A stretch of 64,000 bases of DNA from the NCBI GenBank assembly GCA_964543765.1, contig CAZIZI010000002.1:11153-75152 (forward strand). Reading direction: 5' to 3'. Shown piece after piece: positions 50,308 through 60,614 of this stretch (positions are counted from its first letter, which is position 1; each line of letters opens with the position of its first letter). Under the pieces are notes generated by a model. The model was not told the DNA's origin. It saw nothing but the letters and a program-made list of their open reading frames with translations, and did no database searches. This DNA is from an uncultured Thermodesulfobacteriota bacterium (lineage in GTDB: Bacteria; Desulfobacterota; B13-G15). The position numbers were made by a program, and so were the translations under genes.

Positions 50308-51684
50308 TTAATCCTCCTGTGTCGGCGAATAGTTTTTCTTTACGTATTCGATGGCTTCTTCCTTATTTTTAATAACACCTTCTATTTGAAGTTGTGTGAT
50401 CTTTTTTAATATTTCACCCATATATTTACCGGGCTGGAATCCCATCTGGAGGAGGTCTTTTCCGGTTAAAAGCCGAGGAGGGTGGGATATATTTTCTTTT
50501 TCAACAAGGTCCAAAATTTTTCTTGAGAGTTCTAAAAGGAGCGTTTTTTCCTCTTCTTTTCCTTTTTCTTCTGTTTCGGCGAGGCTCAATATTAATAAAG
50601 ACTTTATATCTTCTCCCATTTCGTGAGCTAATCTTCTTAAACTTTTTTCGGAAAAACCAGTTTTGATGAGTTGGAATGGGCGCATATGGTTTAAGATTAC
50701 TAAAAGTATACGTTTTTTTATATCGCTTGGAAAGGGATATCTGTCCATTATTTTTTTCGCTTTTATTTTGGAAACAACTTCATGACCGTAAAAGTGGACC
50801 TTTTCCTCTTCTTCTGTGGTTTTTGTTTCCGGTTTACCTAAGTCGTGAAATAAGGCGCTCCATCCGATTACTAATAAATCCTTGGGATCTTGCGAAAAAC
50901 GTATGACTTTACCCTCTTTAGCGAGTTTTAACGCCAAAATTGTTACCCAAACCGAATGTTCAAAGGCATCGCGAATGTGATTTTCGCCTTGTTGGAGGTT
51001 TCTCAAGGATTCCATTTCAGGGAAAATGACATCCAAAATGTGCAACTCCGCCATCATCAATAGCGCTTGAGAGACTTCTTCTCCTAAAAAGATTTCTTCC
51101 ATTTCCATTAAAATTCTTTCTCGTGAGACGGTCTTCAAAAGTTCTCTTTTTTTATAGATCTCTTCCTTCAATTCTTCCGATAGTTCAAAATTCATGGTTG
51201 CTTTATATCTAAAAGCCCTCAGTATCCTCAATGGGTCTTCTACAATAGCTCGATCTGAGAGTAAGACCAGTTTCTTTTCCAAAAGATGCTTAAATGATTC
51301 CGGGTGCGAGTAAAACCTCTTATATTGAGGCGAATAAGCGATCGCATTTATGGTGAAATCCCGGCGGGAGAGGTCATCCATAATGTCTTTGCCCGAAAGG
51401 GTTGAAAAATCCAGAACTTTGCCTCCTTTGACAAGGCGATAAACTTTTTCTCCTCTTCCTAAGGGGAAATATTTTGTCTCGAAAAATATCCCTAAACTTC
51501 TGAGTAAATGATAAGGGTCTCCTTCTATTATGAAGTCATAATCCCGATGAGGTCTTCCGAGAATATGATCCCTTACGGCTCCTCCAACGATGTATAGGCG
51601 AACTTTATGTTTTGAGGCTTCTTCGGTTACAAGCCTTACGATCGGATCATCGAGGATTCTTCTTTCAGCATCCTTCAGGTTCAT
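50308..51684 (-). CDS. cca: CCA-adding tRNA nucleotidyltransferase / poly(A) polymerase family with C-terminal HD domain
   Basis: Start set at the internal Met (MNLKDAERRIL...) to avoid a 65-aa extension overlapping the divergent aldolase gene. GGAVRD...RRDFTINA head domain. HD motif (ALFHDLGK). Confidence 0.75.
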   Translation of the reverse strand: MNLKDAERRILDDPIVRLVTEEASKHKVRLYIVGGAVRDHILGRPHRDYDFIIEGDPYHLLRSLGIFFETKYFPLGRGEKVYRLVKGGKVLDFSTLSGKDIMDDLSRRDFTINAIAYSPQYKRFYSHPESFKHLLEKKLVLLSDRAIVEDPLRILRAFRYKATMNFELSEELKEEIYKKRELLKTVSRERILMEMEEIFLGEEVSQALLMMAELHILDVIFPEMESLRNLQQGENHIRDAFEHSVWVTILALKLAKEGKVIRFSQDPKDLLVIGWSALFHDLGKPETKTTEEEEKVHFYGHEVVSKIKAKKIMDRYPFPSDIKKRILLVILNHMRPFQLIKTGFSEKSLRRLAHEMGEDIKSLLILSLAETEEKGKEEEKTLLLELSRKILDLVEKENISHPPRLLTGKDLLQMGFQPGKYMGEILKKITQLQIEGVIKNKEEAIEYVKKNYSPTQED

Positions 51685-51757
51685 CACTTTTGAAGATATA
51701 GCACACCTTGAAAAAAGGATACAAAAAATGCTTACATTCACAAAAGAGGAGGGGGTT

Positions 51758-52333
51758 ATGAAGGAACTATTACTTAAGATAGGGAGAGAACTTGGGCGCT
51801 TGGGCTTGGTGTCGTCCCACAGTGGAAATTTGAGCATAAGGACCAAAGAGGGGCTTCTGATAACCCGCCATAAAGCCATGTTGGCCTCTTTAAGCGAAGA
51901 AGACCTCGTAGAAGCTCCGCTTTTTGGCCAAGTGGAGGGTGCCTCCAGTGAACTTGAAGTCCATCAGTCTATTTACCTTAATACCGAAGCGAAGGCCATC
52001 CTTCACTGTCATCCCCCATATGCGGTTTTGCTTTCCCTTTACCTTGAAGAGATTAAACCGGTAGATGCTGAGGGGAAACACATATTACAAAGCGTCCCCG
52101 TTGTTGAGTTTAAAGAAAGTGTAGCTTCAAAGGAGGTAGCTCAAGCTTTACCCCATTACCTCAAAACGAAAAAGATCGTCATTATACGAGGGCACGGAAG
52201 TTTCGCAATCGGTGACGACTTAGAGGAAGCCCTGATGTACACTTCTTCTCTTGAAAGTTCGGCTAAAATCCTTTACCTTGCATTGTTACTTCAAGCGATA
52301 GTGGAGAAAACGCCAAAAGGAGGTGTTTCATGA
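51758..52333 (+). CDS. class II aldolase/adducin-family protein (L-fuculose-phosphate aldolase-like)
   Basis: Start at the ATG after SD gaggaggg. Metal-binding His pattern (HQSIY...HCHPPYA...HG) typical of class II aldolases. Confidence 0.75.
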   Translation: MKELLLKIGRELGRLGLVSSHSGNLSIRTKEGLLITRHKAMLASLSEEDLVEAPLFGQVEGASSELEVHQSIYLNTEAKAILHCHPPYAVLLSLYLEEIKPVDAEGKHILQSVPVVEFKESVASKEVAQALPHYLKTKKIVIIRGHGSFAIGDDLEEALMYTSSLESSAKILYLALLLQAIVEKTPKGGVS

Positions 52334-52986
52334 AATTTTTCTTAGATACCGCCAACTTGGATGAGATAAGAAGGGGTTTAGAGATGGGATTGGTAGACGG
52401 AGTCACCACCAATCCGACCCTTATATCAAAAGAGGGAAAGGAAGTTTGGGATCTTTTAAGCGAAATCTGTTCTTTAGTACCAGGACCGGTAAGTGTGGAA
52501 GTTACAGCCTGCGATACAAAAGGAATGATTCAAGAAGCCCATGAATTATCAAAATTGGGCAATAACGTAGTTATTAAAATACCCATGACTGAAGAAGGCA
52601 TAAAAGCAGTGAGACATCTGGAGGAGGAAGGAATAAAGACGAATGTCACTCTGGTATTTTCACCTGTACAAGCCCTTATAGCGGCCAAGGCGGGTGCTTC
52701 TTTTGTAAGTCCATTTATAGGTCGTCTGGATGATATTTCTTCTTATGGGATGCGGCTTGTTGAAGACATAATTACTATTTTTTCTAATTATGATGTTTTT
52801 ACTCAGGTAATAGTAGCTAGTGTCAGACATCCCATGCATGTACTTGAAGCAGCACTTTTAGGAGCCGATATTGTGACGATGCCTTTTAAGGTGATGGAAC
52901 AACTGTTTAAACATCCTTTAACAAATATAGGTTTGGAAAATTTCTTAAAAGATTGGAAAAAAGTTCCTAAAAGAAAAAAGGATTAA
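52330..52986 (+). CDS. tal: transaldolase / fructose-6-phosphate aldolase (short Tal/Fsa family)
   Basis: 218 aa. [13 protein letters not shown]...GVTTNPTL and the Schiff-base Lys region (VVIKIP). Confidence 0.85.
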   Translation: MKFFLDTANLDEIRRGLEMGLVDGVTTNPTLISKEGKEVWDLLSEICSLVPGPVSVEVTACDTKGMIQEAHELSKLGNNVVIKIPMTEEGIKAVRHLEEEGIKTNVTLVFSPVQALIAAKAGASFVSPFIGRLDDISSYGMRLVEDIITIFSNYDVFTQVIVASVRHPMHVLEAALLGADIVTMPFKVMEQLFKHPLTNIGLENFLKDWKKVPKRKKD

Positions 52987-53429
52987 GTTTGAGAAGATAA
53001 AGCTTTTATGTATCTTATCCTTAGTTCTGTTAGAGAGCTTTTCAATAATCCTTCCTCCTCAGGTGTCAAGTTACCTTTGGTTTTTTCGCTTAATATTTCT
53101 AATAAATCGATTGTTTGCTTTGCTAAGACTAAATTTTTTTGATAAGTCCCGGATGTTGGTTCGGGGATCTCTCCAAGGTGTATTAGACAGGTACTGCTCA
53201 AAGAATAGATAAAACTCGAAAAGGTGATATTTGGAATTACCTTTTCCTGGGTAACTTTTTCTTTTGCTTCTTTAGTATCTTTGCCTTTTTCTTCTTGAGC
53301 GAAGAACCGCTTATCCACTACTTTAAATCCCTTTCTTTCTTCGCTCTTTTCCTCCATTTTTACCCCTCTTTTCTGTTTTTGTTTTTGATCTTTTTGCTTT
53401 GACTTTTTTCTTAGGTAACACCTTTTCAA
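52983..53429 (-). CDS. DUF1844-family protein (start uncertain; possibly the internal Met at 53357)
   Basis: Lys/Glu-rich N-terminus followed by the conserved KGFKVVDKR...FSSFI...L...HLGEIPEP block. Confidence 0.6.
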   Translation of the reverse strand: MKRCYLRKKSKQKDQKQKQKRGVKMEEKSEERKGFKVVDKRFFAQEEKGKDTKEAKEKVTQEKVIPNITFSSFIYSLSSTCLIHLGEIPEPTSGTYQKNLVLAKQTIDLLEILSEKTKGNLTPEEEGLLKSSLTELRIRYIKALSSQT

Positions 53430-53982
53430 CCGGAGGCCCGAGGATGTAACTCGGCGGTATCTCCTTAGCCAAAAACATAAGAGGAGCTACTTGAAAGAAA
53501 CGTACCCCCTTTCGAGAAGCTTCATGGGCCTGGATTTCCAATATTAAAGGTTTCGGATCCCGGCGTTTGGCTATTCTTAAAGCTAGGTCCCTTGAGGGCG
53601 TAAGCGGTATATAGGTTTCTTTTGGAGCTATAAGGCCTTTTTCCCTCACAAAAGGGTAGGCTTTTTTCTTGATCCCACAGTAAAGGATTTTTGGGGGAAG
53701 GGTTAGCTCATAAGGAATCTTTAAAAAGCCAGAAAATACCTCTATGGAACGCACTTTTCCATCTTTGATTTCAAACTTTCCCTCCGGATCCGAACGAATA
53801 GCTTCAACTATATCGCTTTTTTTAACGAATTTCCATTCTTCCTCTTCCGAAAGGGCTTGTTTAATTGAATCAACACTTACAAATCCCTCCTCATTGGGGA
53901 ATAAACCAAACTCATCCGGCCTATAAGCAAGAAGGTAATTAAGGACCTTTAAAAGCGCTTCCTGTTTGCGTTTAAAAGACAT
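53323..53982 (-). CDS. KptA/Tpt1 (RNA 2'-phosphotransferase)-like protein with substituted catalytic tetrad and a polybasic C-terminal tail
   Basis: 219 aa. Alignable throughout with E. coli KptA, but LRH>LAY, QGHS>EVFS, HGT>CGI, RHYVHLS>ETYIPLT. C-terminal [29 protein letters not shown]. Confidence 0.65.
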   Translation of the reverse strand: MSFKRKQEALLKVLNYLLAYRPDEFGLFPNEEGFVSVDSIKQALSEEEEWKFVKKSDIVEAIRSDPEGKFEIKDGKVRSIEVFSGFLKIPYELTLPPKILYCGIKKKAYPFVREKGLIAPKETYIPLTPSRDLALRIAKRRDPKPLILEIQAHEASRKGVRFFQVAPLMFLAKEIPPSYILGPPVEKVLPKKKVKAKRSKTKTEKRGKNGGKERRKKGI

Positions 53983-53990
53983 CTTTTTGT

Positions 53991-54374
53991 TTAGTTCGCC
54001 CTTTTTAAGAAATCCTGTTTAAATCGAGACAACTCTTCCAAGAACTTGTCTATCTCCTTAATAGCTCTTTGTTTATAATAGTAATCCCCAGTAGAACCAT
54101 AAAGATAAAGGTATCGCATTATGTTTTGATAAAAACCGTTTGTATCGCGACACCAATGATTGATAGGGCAGAGACTACATTGAAAATTGAATTCCACACA
54201 GAAAGGACCTACCATACGGGCATTTTCCAAAATGGCAGGAAGTTCCTCTTTACCTTTTTCGAACAAACAATTTCTTATCCTTTTCCATTTTTCAAAGGCG
54301 ATGTCGAAAAGGTTTTCCCCTTTTTGAGATCTTTCTACGATCTCTTGAAAGGAGAGGAGACCCTTCACCACCAC
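53991..54374 (-). CDS. hypothetical Cys-containing protein (127 aa), first gene of the KptA-like/DUF1844 operon
   Basis: ORF ends 8 nt before the KptA-like start. Cys pattern C-x8-C-x2-C-x5-C (CVEFNFQCSLCPINHWC) suggests a metal site. Confidence 0.45.
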   Translation of the reverse strand: MVVKGLLSFQEIVERSQKGENLFDIAFEKWKRIRNCLFEKGKEELPAILENARMVGPFCVEFNFQCSLCPINHWCRDTNGFYQNIMRYLYLYGSTGDYYYKQRAIKEIDKFLEELSRFKQDFLKRAN

Positions 54375-54439
54375 CCCTCGCCTCCTTCTTCGTTAGATTC
54401 CGTGAATAACTTAAGACTTTAAGGGGAAGTCTTCAAGTG

Positions 54440-54805
54440 TTAAAGCTCTTTTACGATTTTGGTGATTTTGTTTTCCTCGTCAACGTATACGAGGCTTGGT
54501 TTATGGGACTTTACTTCCTCTTCATTAAAAACGGCATAACTGGCGATTATAATAATATCTCCCTCTTTGGCTAAATGGGCGGCGGCTCCATTTATCCCTA
54601 TGATGCCACTGCCTCTTTTCCCCTTTATAGCGTAAGTTTCAAACCTGTTCCCATTTGTCACATTATAGACTTGTACTTGTTCGAAAGGGAAAATGGATGC
54701 CGCTTCCATAAGCTCTTCATCAATTGTGATACTGCCTTCATAGTGGAGGTTAGATTCAGTGACTCGAGCCCTATGGATCTTGGATTTTAACATAATCCTC
54801 TGCAC
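54440..54805 (-). CDS. panD: aspartate 1-decarboxylase
   Basis: 121 aa. [17 protein letters not shown]...GSITID pyruvoyl-dependent PanD signature (Gly-Ser cleavage site). Confidence 0.9.
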   Translation of the reverse strand: MQRIMLKSKIHRARVTESNLHYEGSITIDEELMEAASIFPFEQVQVYNVTNGNRFETYAIKGKRGSGIIGINGAAAHLAKEGDIIIIASYAVFNEEEVKSHKPSLVYVDEENKITKIVKEL

Positions 54806-54825
54806 GGTCCTCCTCCCCCCTTCCT

Positions 54826-55671
54826 TTATTCTAATATTATGTTATCAATTAAGCGGGTTTTACCCACCCAGGCGGCAATCGCCAAAAGTCCCCGCTTCTT
54901 TATATCGCCAGAAAGAGGTTCCAGCGTCTCAGGATCACATAATTCCAAATATTGAAGATTAACCAAAGGTTCTTGCTCTATTACCCTCCTTGAGACTTCG
55001 AGAATTTTTGAAACGCTCCTTTCTCCTTCTTCGAAAAGCCTCTTTGCTTCCATTAAAGCCTTATAAAGTGCTCTTGCAGCTTCTCTTTCCTCCGCATTGA
55101 GATAAACGTTACGTGAACTTGCAGCCAAATGATCTTCTTCCCTCACAGTGGGAATACCTACCACTTCTATGTCCAAATTTAAATCCTCAACCATCCGTTT
55201 TATGATCAAATACTGTTGGTAATCCTTCAAACCAAATACTGCTACGTGAGGTTTTACGATATTGAAAAGTTTTAACACTACTGTTGCCACTCCCCGAAAA
55301 TGCCCAGGTCTAAATTTCCCACACAAATATTTTTGAAGCTCACTTACTTCTACATACGTCTGAAAATTTGAAGGATACATATCATACACCTGAGGACAAA
55401 AAACTATATCAACGCCGACCCCTTCGGCCATTTTTAAATCTCGTTCCAAGTCCCTCGGATATCGTTCGTAATCCTCCGAAGGCCCAAATTGGAGGGGGTT
55501 TACAAAGATACTAATAACCAAAACGTCACCCAATCTCTTTGCTTCTCTCATTAAGGTCAGATGCCCCTCGTGAAAATACCCCATGGTAGGGACAAAGGCT
55601 ATCCTCTTTCCTTCTCTTCTCATGGCTTCTGAAAGCGATTGCATCTGTTTTGGTTTTTCTATCACTTGCAT
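54826..55671 (-). CDS. panC: pantoate--beta-alanine ligase
   Basis: 281 aa. [20 protein letters not shown]-type motif. Confidence 0.9.
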   Translation of the reverse strand: MQVIEKPKQMQSLSEAMRREGKRIAFVPTMGYFHEGHLTLMREAKRLGDVLVISIFVNPLQFGPSEDYERYPRDLERDLKMAEGVGVDIVFCPQVYDMYPSNFQTYVEVSELQKYLCGKFRPGHFRGVATVVLKLFNIVKPHVAVFGLKDYQQYLIIKRMVEDLNLDIEVVGIPTVREEDHLAASSRNVYLNAEEREAARALYKALMEAKRLFEEGERSVSKILEVSRRVIEQEPLVNLQYLELCDPETLEPLSGDIKKRGLLAIAAWVGKTRLIDNIILE

Positions 55672-55676
55672 GAGGT

Positions 55677-56468
55677 TTACATCCTAAATATATGTTCCTC
55701 TGTGGGAAAAGCCCCCGTTTTTACCTCTTCTATAAATTCTTTTACCGCTTTTGAGATAATGCTTCTTAAATCTACATATTTCTTTACAAATTTAGGCCTA
55801 AAATCGCCTAACATGCCCAATAAATCATGGATTACTAAAACTTGCCCATCACAATAACGACCAGCTCCTATGCCTATAGTGGGTATAGTTAACATTTCGG
55901 TGATTTCTTTGGCTATTTCTTCTGGGACACATTCCAAAACTATAGCGAAAGCTCCTGCTTCTTCTATAGCCTTGGCATCTTCTAACAACTTCTCCCTTTG
56001 TCTCTGTATCTTATATCCTCCAAACTTATGTATGGATTGAGGCGTGAGACCTATATGGCCTACTACAGGAATATCTATATCAACAATAGCTTTCACTATG
56101 TCCTTAACAGATATTCCTCCTTCGATCTTAACTGCTTCAGCTCCGCTTTCTTTGATCATCCTTCCGGCATTCCTTTTAGCTTCTTCTATGCTTACCTGAT
56201 AAGACATGAATGGCATATCAATCACCACCAACGCCCTTTTTACCTTCCTACAAACAGCTTTAGTGTGATAGATCATCTCCTCCACTGTTACAGGCAAAGT
56301 ATTAGGATAACCTGCGATTACGGTCCCGACCGAATCACCCACCAGGATCATATCGATACCGCTTTCGTCTATGATTTCCGCCATCGGAGCGTCATAAGCG
56401 GTAAGCATCGTTATTTTTTCTCCTCTTTCCTTCATCCTTTGTATTTCAGGTACAGTGATTTTCTTCAT
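55677..56468 (-). CDS. panB: 3-methyl-2-oxobutanoate hydroxymethyltransferase
   Basis: 263 aa. ITMLTAYD...ILVGDS and KIEGG motifs. SD aaggagg on the minus strand. Confidence 0.9.
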   Translation of the reverse strand: MKKITVPEIQRMKERGEKITMLTAYDAPMAEIIDESGIDMILVGDSVGTVIAGYPNTLPVTVEEMIYHTKAVCRKVKRALVVIDMPFMSYQVSIEEAKRNAGRMIKESGAEAVKIEGGISVKDIVKAIVDIDIPVVGHIGLTPQSIHKFGGYKIQRQREKLLEDAKAIEEAGAFAIVLECVPEEIAKEITEMLTIPTIGIGAGRYCDGQVLVIHDLLGMLGDFRPKFVKKYVDLRSIISKAVKEFIEEVKTGAFPTEEHIFRM

Positions 56469-56501
56469 AATTCCTCCTTATCAAGGTTTTTGGAATAGGG
56501 C

Positions 56502-56534
56502 AAAAAAAAACCTCCTGGTAGGATCCAGAAGGTT
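56502..56534 (-). terminator. rho-independent terminator-like hairpin + U9 located between the DUF362 gene and the panB SD (terminator and/or panBCD leader attenuator)
   Basis: Minus-strand RNA aaccuucugg-auccua-ccaggagguu followed by UUUUUUUUU. Only ~19 nt separate the U-tract from the panB SD. Confidence 0.6.
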
Positions 56535-56662
56535 CCCTTTTTCCGTCTTGGTCCCTTTTTACGGATCCAAGCGGTTTATGCATCCAGCTCCTCTTTCGTG
56601 TCCTGCCTTAAGGCTAGGACCGTTTTATAATAACACGTAGTTTTTATATATCCTTTTCTCAC

Positions 56663-58411
56663 TCATGTCAATTGAAATTTTTGAAGGATTTCTTTTAACA
56701 TCCCTTCCAATTTCGCTTCTTCGGATTCGTCCGCATAACTAGGCCTTGGGACATCAGGGAAGAGTTTGAAAATGGCGTTCATCATCGCTTCAGCATGAGG
56801 GGGACATCCCATTACGAGTTCTCCCTTCGAGGCGTTGTGGCTTTGGCAAAGTCCTATGAAGATGTTTTTCTTCTTTTCTGATATTTTTCCGTTCTCATAT
56901 GGACCTATAAAGACGTTAACCTCTGGGTCAAAAGGACGTTCTATCAATTGCCTCTCCGGATTTTTAGGATCGGGCCTTCTTAATTTGTGTATGACAAAAT
57001 GGAGGTAACCCTTACAACCAGGACAAGCTCCTTCAGCAAAAATCTTAAAATGGGGACCGCTACTTAAGTTTATTTCGGGTAAGAGGAAAAAAGTGCGAAC
57101 TTCCTCTATAGAATTGCCGACGACTTCTATGTTCTCCTCCTCCATCGGGCCTATTCCTTGGATATAAGCTAAATAAACGGCAGGAGAATCCGTGGGTTTA
57201 AGCCACATTATCCTCATACAAACTGCATCAACAGCTACAGGATTATCACCTGCTATAAGCAGACCCATCTCTTTCGGTTCCCCATAAACCGGACCAAAAC
57301 CCTCTTGAGCTACCAGGGCATCCACAATAGTTAACTTGGGCTTCGCTAAATGGTGAATATTTACAAGATTTTGCCATAAACCGAAGAAATGGGTCATATA
57401 CTTTTCCAAAGGAGGCATACAACCCTGTAAATTCTTCACCCCCAATGAAACAACAGCCGCAAAATGGGTCTTCATTACCGGCAGATTTATAATGACATCT
57501 GCTTCTAACAAGGTCTTCGGAACCTTCCGAGCTTCTAACCTCTTAGCATACGGAACCGGTATCTCTTCTGTATCATCTGTATTGAGATCACAAAGACTTA
57601 CTTTTTTGGGATCGAGTTCAACAAGTTCAAAATAATTGTAAAGTTCAAACAACTTGAAGGTTTCTTTTCTATTAATCGATGACCCTTCTGCAACTATGAT
57701 CCTCTCAGCCAGAGGTAATAATAGCTCAATTAACGCTTTTAATATCCTTTTGTCAGTAACTACTCCACCAACATATTTACCATTTCTCATTCCGTGATCA
57801 GCTACTACATTTGGTTTTAAAACTACTGTCATCCCTTTCTGCACATATTTATCGATCCCACCAAGCAATATGAATATTTCTCTCAAAGTTTCCTTGATTT
57901 GATCATAAGTAATAGAAGGAAGTTTCTTTATTACCACTTTCTCTTTTTGGTATTTTACTTTTGGTTTTATCTCCTTACCCTTTATTCTCTCAAAGTAAAC
58001 GGCAGTACTTAATTCAAAACGCACGAATTTTAAATCATTTTTCCGTTTTCTTATAAAAGGCCTGAATCCATATCCGATTAGCAAATCTATAATTTTGTGG
58101 CTTTCTTCTTCTAATATTTCTGCCCCTATGAGGCTCTCTTTTAGGATAAATTCATCAAGAGCGTCTGATAGAAGTCTTAACATATCTTGAGTATTTTCAA
58201 ATAAAAAAGAGCATATGGTGCTTCTTTTGGGCGAATAGAGGATCCATAAAGTACCGTTATTGGGATCGGAGAACTTATAAGGTTCAACTTCTTCTTCCTG
58301 ATACAAGGTGAGAAGTTCTTCTGTTTGTAAGGGGGAGAGATTTAAATTTTGGAGTAAGTGTTTTTTGAGTTTTTCTCTTATTTTGGTAATAACCTCCCTT
58401 CGGATCTGCAT
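56663..58411 (-). CDS. DUF362-domain protein with ~170-aa N-terminal and Cys-rich C-terminal extensions
   Basis: 582 aa. Central block (VVLKPNVV...IINLPVMKTHFAAVVSLGVKNLQGCMP...IVDALVAQEGFGP) matches DUF362. C-terminal CPGC...GLCQSH...GCPPH. Confidence 0.6.
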   Translation of the reverse strand: MQIRREVITKIREKLKKHLLQNLNLSPLQTEELLTLYQEEEVEPYKFSDPNNGTLWILYSPKRSTICSFLFENTQDMLRLLSDALDEFILKESLIGAEILEEESHKIIDLLIGYGFRPFIRKRKNDLKFVRFELSTAVYFERIKGKEIKPKVKYQKEKVVIKKLPSITYDQIKETLREIFILLGGIDKYVQKGMTVVLKPNVVADHGMRNGKYVGGVVTDKRILKALIELLLPLAERIIVAEGSSINRKETFKLFELYNYFELVELDPKKVSLCDLNTDDTEEIPVPYAKRLEARKVPKTLLEADVIINLPVMKTHFAAVVSLGVKNLQGCMPPLEKYMTHFFGLWQNLVNIHHLAKPKLTIVDALVAQEGFGPVYGEPKEMGLLIAGDNPVAVDAVCMRIMWLKPTDSPAVYLAYIQGIGPMEEENIEVVGNSIEEVRTFFLLPEINLSSGPHFKIFAEGACPGCKGYLHFVIHKLRRPDPKNPERQLIERPFDPEVNVFIGPYENGKISEKKKNIFIGLCQSHNASKGELVMGCPPHAEAMMNAIFKLFPDVPRPSYADESEEAKLEGMLKEILQKFQLT

Positions 58412-58522
58412 TTTAACCCCCTTTCTTGTTTTCTAACTTTACTTTGAAACTCTTTTATAAATCAAGCGGGAAAGTATGTTTTTGTTGACATCGGGGGGAT
58501 TAAGGGCTATAAAGGTTAAGCC

Positions 58523-59173
58523 ATGGCTAAGGAAGGAGCTACCATCAAGACTTTTGAGGTTTTTAGGGAGAGGCTAGAAAAATTTGTGCAGAAAGTTTTT
58601 GCCTACAAGAAGTGGGTAATTTTGGGGGTTTTGATAGTTATAGGGGTAGGGGGCTCTTTTTATGCCTACAACCGGATTGCCCTAAAAAGGGAAGAGGGGG
58701 CTTCTTTTGAGCTTTTTAAGGCTTTGAACGTCAACGATGCTAAAGAACGGTTGAATATCCTAAACAACCTCATTGATAAATTCCCCTCAACGAGATCTGG
58801 TATAATTGGCCGTTATCTCCGGGCAAAGGCATTGATGGAAGAGGAAAAATGGGATGAGGCGGAGAAGGATCTTTTGAATGTTATAAAAAATGCTCCAAAA
58901 CCACTTAAAGCGGGAGCCTTGTGCCTTTTGGGTGATGTCATGTTAAAAAAAGACAATCCCCAGGAAGCACTTCAAAAGTTCAAATTATGCCAAAAAGAAG
59001 GAAGAGGATGGCTTGAGAGTTATGCCCTATTTAAAGAGGCCACTTTGCTCGATCAGATGGGAAAAACTCAAGAGGCCATCCTCGCCTATCAGAAGCTTTT
59101 ACCACTTCTTCCACCCGGTGAGATGGAACTGTTTGTGAGGATTAGGCTTAAAGAACTTGGAGCTGAGGCGTAA
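58523..59173 (+). CDS. membrane-anchored TPR-like protein (YfgM-like architecture)
   Basis: 216 aa. One N-terminal TM (WVILGVLIVIGVGGSFYAY) then helical TPR-like repeats. Confidence 0.5.
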   Translation: MAKEGATIKTFEVFRERLEKFVQKVFAYKKWVILGVLIVIGVGGSFYAYNRIALKREEGASFELFKALNVNDAKERLNILNNLIDKFPSTRSGIIGRYLRAKALMEEEKWDEAEKDLLNVIKNAPKPLKAGALCLLGDVMLKKDNPQEALQKFKLCQKEGRGWLESYALFKEATLLDQMGKTQEAILAYQKLLPLLPPGEMELFVRIRLKELGAEA

Positions 59174-59182
59174 GCCTTAAAG

Positions 59183-59602
59183 CTAATCGGATAAAACCTG
59201 CAGAAGAAGTTCTTTAAGCATAGAGGAAGAGACATAACCGATTATCGGTCCAAAAAGATGCCCTTTTTTGTAAATCCAAATGGTCGGGAAGCCCACTATT
59301 CTAAAATGCATCATCAATTCGGGATTTTTCTCAGCCTCTACTTTCGTTGAGACGAATTGTCCGTTCAAAATTTTTATTATGTCATGGGATTCCAAAACTT
59401 CATACTCTAATCGCTCACACATTGGGCAATATCGGCTTACGAAAAATATAAAAACAGGCTTACCGCTTTTTTTCCCTTCATGGATGGCTTCCTCATAGCT
59501 TTTCCATTCTATTTTTGAAGAAGGTTTTGATCCTTTGCAAGCCCATACAAATAAGATCAAAATTAATGCGATAACGGCATGATACCTTTGTAAATTAACC
59601 AT
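59183..59602 (-). CDS. thioredoxin-fold lipoprotein (CxxC: YCPMC)
   Basis: 139 aa. Lipobox LFVWAC, thioredoxin-like CPMC motif. Overlaps the ccdA 3' end. Confidence 0.65.
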   Translation of the reverse strand: MVNLQRYHAVIALILILFVWACKGSKPSSKIEWKSYEEAIHEGKKSGKPVFIFFVSRYCPMCERLEYEVLESHDIIKILNGQFVSTKVEAEKNPELMMHFRIVGFPTIWIYKKGHLFGPIIGYVSSSMLKELLLQVLSD

Positions 59603-60231
59603 ATGCCTACTCCCAAAAGTAATATTGAAAGGATTAAAGATACATATCGCGATAATTTTTTAAAGCGCATTATTACATTCAGGGCTTTTTCCCAAAATAG
59701 CCCTATTAATAAAAATGGCAAGGCCATTCCTGCCGAAAAACTTGCCAAGAGCATAAAAGAACCCTTAAGGTCTTGTGTTGTAGCTGCATACGTCAAAATT
59801 GCACCAAGAACTGGGCCTATACAAGGGGACCAGCCGAAGGAGAAGGATATTCCCATTAAGAAGGGGCCTAAAATTGGTAAAGAGAGAACAAAATATGGCC
59901 TTCTTTCCCTTTGAAGTAACAGAAGTTTAGGAAACCCGAGGAGTTGAAGCGCGAAAAATAAGATGATAAGCCCACCAATGAGGGTAAAGAGAGGCTTATT
60001 TACAAGTAAAAAAGAAAAAACCCCTGTGATGGATACTCCTAAAAGTATAAAGATCAAAGAAAATCCCAAAACGAAAAAAACAGAATAAAGGAGAATGGGC
60101 GGTTTTTCCTTAATTGCTAAAGCGTTAGTATTCATCATTAACGAAAAATAAACCGGTAAGATGGGCAATATACAAGGGGAAAAGAAACTGATTAGCCCTG
60201 CAACAAAAGCCACAAGAACGGAGATTCCCAA
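59563..60231 (-). CDS. ccdA: cytochrome c-type biogenesis / thiol-disulfide transporter CcdA (DsbD core)
   Basis: 222 aa. Two conserved Cys in TM1/TM4 (FFSPCILPILP, WSPCIGPVLG). Confidence 0.85.
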   Translation of the reverse strand: MGISVLVAFVAGLISFFSPCILPILPVYFSLMMNTNALAIKEKPPILLYSVFFVLGFSLIFILLGVSITGVFSFLLVNKPLFTLIGGLIILFFALQLLGFPKLLLLQRERRPYFVLSLPILGPFLMGISFSFGWSPCIGPVLGAILTYAATTQDLKGSFMLLASFSAGMALPFLLIGLFWEKALNVIMRFKKLSRYVSLILSILLLGVGIWLIYKGIMPLSH

Positions 60232-60232
60232 G

Positions 60233-60556
60233 CTATAGTGCCTTTTTTATCAAATTTTCAATTACTTCAAAAGGGACAAATCCTACTATTCTATCCACAA
60301 TCTGACCATTTTTAAACAACAACAACGTAGGAATGCTCCTTATGCCAAAACGAACCGCTATTTCTGCATTTTCATCAACATTTACCTTGCCTATTTTACA
60401 TACACCTTTGTATTTTTCCGCAATTTTTTCGATCACAGGACTTAACATTTGACAAGGGCCACACCAGGGTGCCCAAAAATCCACCAAAACAGGAAGATCC
60501 GATTGTTCTACTTCCTTTGAAAAGTTTTCTTGATTGATGACAATAACATTTCCCAT
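60233..60556 (-). CDS. trxA: thioredoxin
   Basis: 107 aa. WAPWCGPCQ active site. Confidence 0.9.
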   Translation of the reverse strand: MGNVIVINQENFSKEVEQSDLPVLVDFWAPWCGPCQMLSPVIEKIAEKYKGVCKIGKVNVDENAEIAVRFGIRSIPTLLLFKNGQIVDRIVGFVPFEVIENLIKKAL

Positions 60557-60614
60557 TTATAACCTCCTGAGCAAGAGAACTTTTTGGCACCCGGCCATAA
60601 TATAGGCTTTACCT

